Assembly (NCBI GenBank): GCA_030698805.1
Contig: JAUYMA010000004.1
Span: forward strand, 19,065 to 83,064
Direction: 5' to 3'
DNA: 64,000 nucleotides
Source of the DNA: Nanobdellota archaeon
GTDB lineage: Archaea > Nanobdellota > Nanobdellia > Pacearchaeales > GW2011-AR1
Within the stretch, counting starts at the first letter, position 1. The number at the start of each line of letters is the position of its first letter. This document shows, one piece after another, positions 62,284-64,000 of the stretch. The notes below the pieces were generated by a model that worked only from the letters and a program-made list of their open reading frames with translations, was not told the DNA's origin and made no database searches. The position numbers were made by a program, and so were the translations under genes.

Positions 62284-62357
62284 GCCCCTATAGTTCAGCC
62301 TGGATAGAACACGGCCTTGCGGAGGCTGTAACCTCGGTTCAAATCCGAGTAGGGGCG
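62284..62357 (+). tRNA. tRNA-Arg (anticodon GCG)
   Basis: Acceptor GCCCCTA/TAGGGGC, D GTTC/GAAC, anticodon stem CGGCC/GGCTG, loop TTGCGGA, T arm CTCGG-TTCAAAT-CCGAG, discriminator G. Confidence 0.9.
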
Positions 62358-62358
62358 C

Positions 62359-62526
62359 TTATCTTCCTCGCTTTTTAGTCTCGCCTTTCATTCTTCTTGT
62401 CTTATTTGTCGTGGCGGCCGCTATTCTTTCAGCAGTTTTGGTTGATCTGCCTCTCCTTAAAACAGACTTCTTTATTTTTTCATATTGTCTTTTTCTCTTT
62501 GGACTTTTAACTCCTCTTGGTGGCAT
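62359..62526 (-). CDS. 55-aa highly basic small protein (KRQYE...AERIAAATxNK motif)
   Basis: Hand translation: MPPRGVKSPKRKRQYEKIKKSVLRRGRSTKTAERIAAATTNKTRRMKGETKKRGR. Starts 10 nt after the upstream small gene. Confidence 0.45.
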   Translation of the reverse strand: MPPRGVKSPKRKRQYEKIKKSVLRRGRSTKTAERIAAATTNKTRRMKGETKKRGR

Positions 62527-62535
62527 GTTCCCTCA

Positions 62536-62712
62536 TTACACTCTCCTTAGAAAATGTGCGATAATCGATATTACAAACAGGATTATAAATATGAAAAACA
62601 GCCACTTCGCGATAACTATGGACGTGCCTGCAATGGCTCCAAAACCAAATAGGGCAGCTATTAGAGCTACAACCAAAAATACAATTCCCCATGATAATAG
62701 TCCAGAAAACAT
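62536..62712 (-). CDS. UPF0391/DUF1328-like small membrane protein (58 aa)
   Basis: Hand translation: MFSGLLSWGIVFLVVALIAALFGFGAIAGTSIVIAKWLFFIFIILFVISIIAHFLRRV. The ALIAA-x-FGFGxIAG...IAK-x-LFFIF pattern is typical of this family. It replaces the two overlapping track ORFs here. Confidence 0.6.
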   Translation of the reverse strand: MFSGLLSWGIVFLVVALIAALFGFGAIAGTSIVIAKWLFFIFIILFVISIIAHFLRRV

Positions 62713-62789
62713 AACCCTTAAAAGAAGATTTATTATTTAAAACTTCGGAAAGTCTGATCATTTTGTCACTTTCCAAATATCAAGTAACC

Positions 62790-63779
62790 TTACCCTTCGT
62801 CTTTAACACCTTTTTCGGTGACAAAAAATTGAGCCTCATTATCTGGTAAATTAGGGGAGTCTATTAATTTTGCAACTCTGCTACCCTGCTTTCCCCTTCT
62901 TAAATACATTCTGTAAGTAGATGCATGAGCCACTATATTTCCACCAACTGCAGTAGTCGGATCCCCAAACATCATCGCTGGATTGGCCATTACCTGATTT
63001 GTCACATATATTGCCAGATTATGCATCTCAGCCATTCTCATTAAGCTATGTAGATATTTATTCAGCTTGTGTTGTCGGTCAGCTAATTCCCCTCGGCCTG
63101 TAAACTCTGCTCTAAAGTGAGCGGTTAAAGAATCAATGATAACTACTTTGATAGGTTCACCCTCTTTTACCATTTCATTTATCTTATCCACTAGCAACAT
63201 CTGATGATCCGAATTAAATGCCCTTGCAACTAAAATATTCTTTAATACTTTCTCAGGGTTTGCGCCCATACCCTCTGCAATTTGTCTTATTCTTTCCGGC
63301 CTAAAAGTTCCTTCTGTATCAATAAAGACTGCTTTGCCATTAGCCCCTCCTTTTTCTACAGGCAACTGGACATTCACCGCAAGCGTAAGCCCCAACTGCG
63401 TTTTCCCGCTACCAAAAGCCCCATATGCTTCAGTTAATGATTTAGTTTCTATCCCTCTTCCACCCAGGAGATTATTCATATTAGATGAACCTGTAGTGAT
63501 ATACATGATATTTTCTCTTTTTTTAGCAAACTCCATTCCATCTACAAAACCCAATTTAAGAAGCCCTCTTGCAGCCTGAATGGCTTTTCTAGCAACGGCT
63601 TCTCCAACCCCTGCCATTTCAGAAAGCGTGGCTGGACTCATGACTGCTAGCCCCATTAAATCATAAACTCCAGCAGCCTCCAATTTTGCAGCAATGCCTG
63701 GTCCAATACCTGGAACATCAGTTAGTTTAGTCTCAGCTTCTTTTTCTTCTTTAATCTCTTTTGCCTCAGATTTAGCCAT
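62790..63779 (-). CDS. radA: DNA repair and recombination protein RadA
   Basis: HhH ([19 protein letters not shown]), Walker [11 protein letters not shown], Walker B VVIIDS. Start trimmed to MAKSEAKE (ATG 63779). Confidence 0.95.
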   Translation of the reverse strand: MAKSEAKEIKEEKEAETKLTDVPGIGPGIAAKLEAAGVYDLMGLAVMSPATLSEMAGVGEAVARKAIQAARGLLKLGFVDGMEFAKKRENIMYITTGSSNMNNLLGGRGIETKSLTEAYGAFGSGKTQLGLTLAVNVQLPVEKGGANGKAVFIDTEGTFRPERIRQIAEGMGANPEKVLKNILVARAFNSDHQMLLVDKINEMVKEGEPIKVVIIDSLTAHFRAEFTGRGELADRQHKLNKYLHSLMRMAEMHNLAIYVTNQVMANPAMMFGDPTTAVGGNIVAHASTYRMYLRRGKQGSRVAKLIDSPNLPDNEAQFFVTEKGVKDEG

Positions 63780-63846
63780 GTCGAGAGAAAACAGGCTCAG
63801 TTTATAAACTTTATAGATATGAAAGATACATTTAATAAAAATAATT

Positions 63847-63999
63847 TTATTTCTTAGCGATATTCCATAAAAATTCAAAATAGGTTCTGAATCCCTGCGC
63901 AATATTTTCATTTTTTATCATGAAAGCATAAGGGTTCTCATCCCACAAGAATATATAGACATAATCTGCAAAAACGTCTATTGCGGCAGGACTTTTGAA
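63847..63999 (-). CDS. C-terminal 50 codons of a gene starting beyond the window (TrmB-type regulator C-terminus?)
   Basis: Hand translation of the open frame: ...[50 protein letters not shown]. The family call is weak. Confidence 0.35.
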   Translation of the reverse strand, partial: FKSPAAIDVFADYVYIFLWDENPYAFMIKNENIAQGFRTYFEFLWNIAKK

Positions 64000-64000
64000 T

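Noticed and set aside
62411-62776. Two mutually overlapping track ORFs (109 aa plus strand, 89 aa minus strand).
   Set aside because: A different minus-strand frame gives two tandem small genes with recognisable patterns: a DUF1328-like gene at 62536-62712 and a basic 55-aa gene at 62359-62526. The track ORFs look like frame shadows.
63780-63911. N-terminal 44-codon extension of the radA track ORF. Similar upstream extensions occur on the rnz, rps15, rpl44e, lepB-like, csaA-like, PLD, HAD and GT ORFs.
   Set aside because: The extensions start at non-ATG codons or overlap neighbouring genes. Conserved family N-termini begin at the internal ATG in each case.

Overview
AT-rich, very gene-dense archaeal chromosome segment. 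It looks like a small-genome DPANN-type archaeon (Woese-/Pace-/Nanoarchaeota-like); this is inferred from gene content only. I see archaeal information-processing genes: TFB, aIF1A, aIF2alpha, Nop10, RadA, EndA, RNase Z, an Sm protein, GINS, a RecJ/GAN-like DHH protein, Bud32, SRP54, FtsY, LeuRS, GlyRS, and r-proteins S8e, S17e, S27e, S15, L44e and S3Ae. There are nine intron-less tRNA genes, four Nudix proteins and almost no central metabolism. No rRNA, CRISPR array, transposase, integrase or reverse transcriptase is visible. A large share of the window encodes envelope or surface functions. (i) A five-gene, translationally coupled minus-strand module (26125-34745) ends in an 1837-aa secreted giant. 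It is preceded by a 617-aa protein with a pilin-type signal, a 49-aa RHH-like ORF and two small anchored beta-sandwich-like proteins. This is my best candidate for an undescribed system (surface fibre or host-attachment device). (ii) A 1741-aa membrane-anchored subtilase carries a LamG-like insertion in the catalytic domain and eight FG-GAP/VCBS repeats. (iii) An LtaS-like/GT2/DedA/GT-B envelope glycoconjugate locus spans 34970-41307. Other notable signals: all nine tRNA genes carry a TATA-like octamer at exactly -31..-24 from the mature 5' nucleotide, the leaderless-tRNA layout reported for RNase P-free Nanoarchaeum. A pentameric ligand-gated ion channel gene is broken by two homopolymer frameshifts. 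A hairpin-dense non-coding segment sits next to a tRNA-Leu remnant. A wHTH protein fused to a catalytically dead Nudix domain is divergent from an active Nudix. Several real small genes below the ORF-track cutoff were recovered by hand translation: Nop10, S27e, DUF1328-like and zinc ribbons. All functional calls rest on motif recognition by eye; no database search was run.
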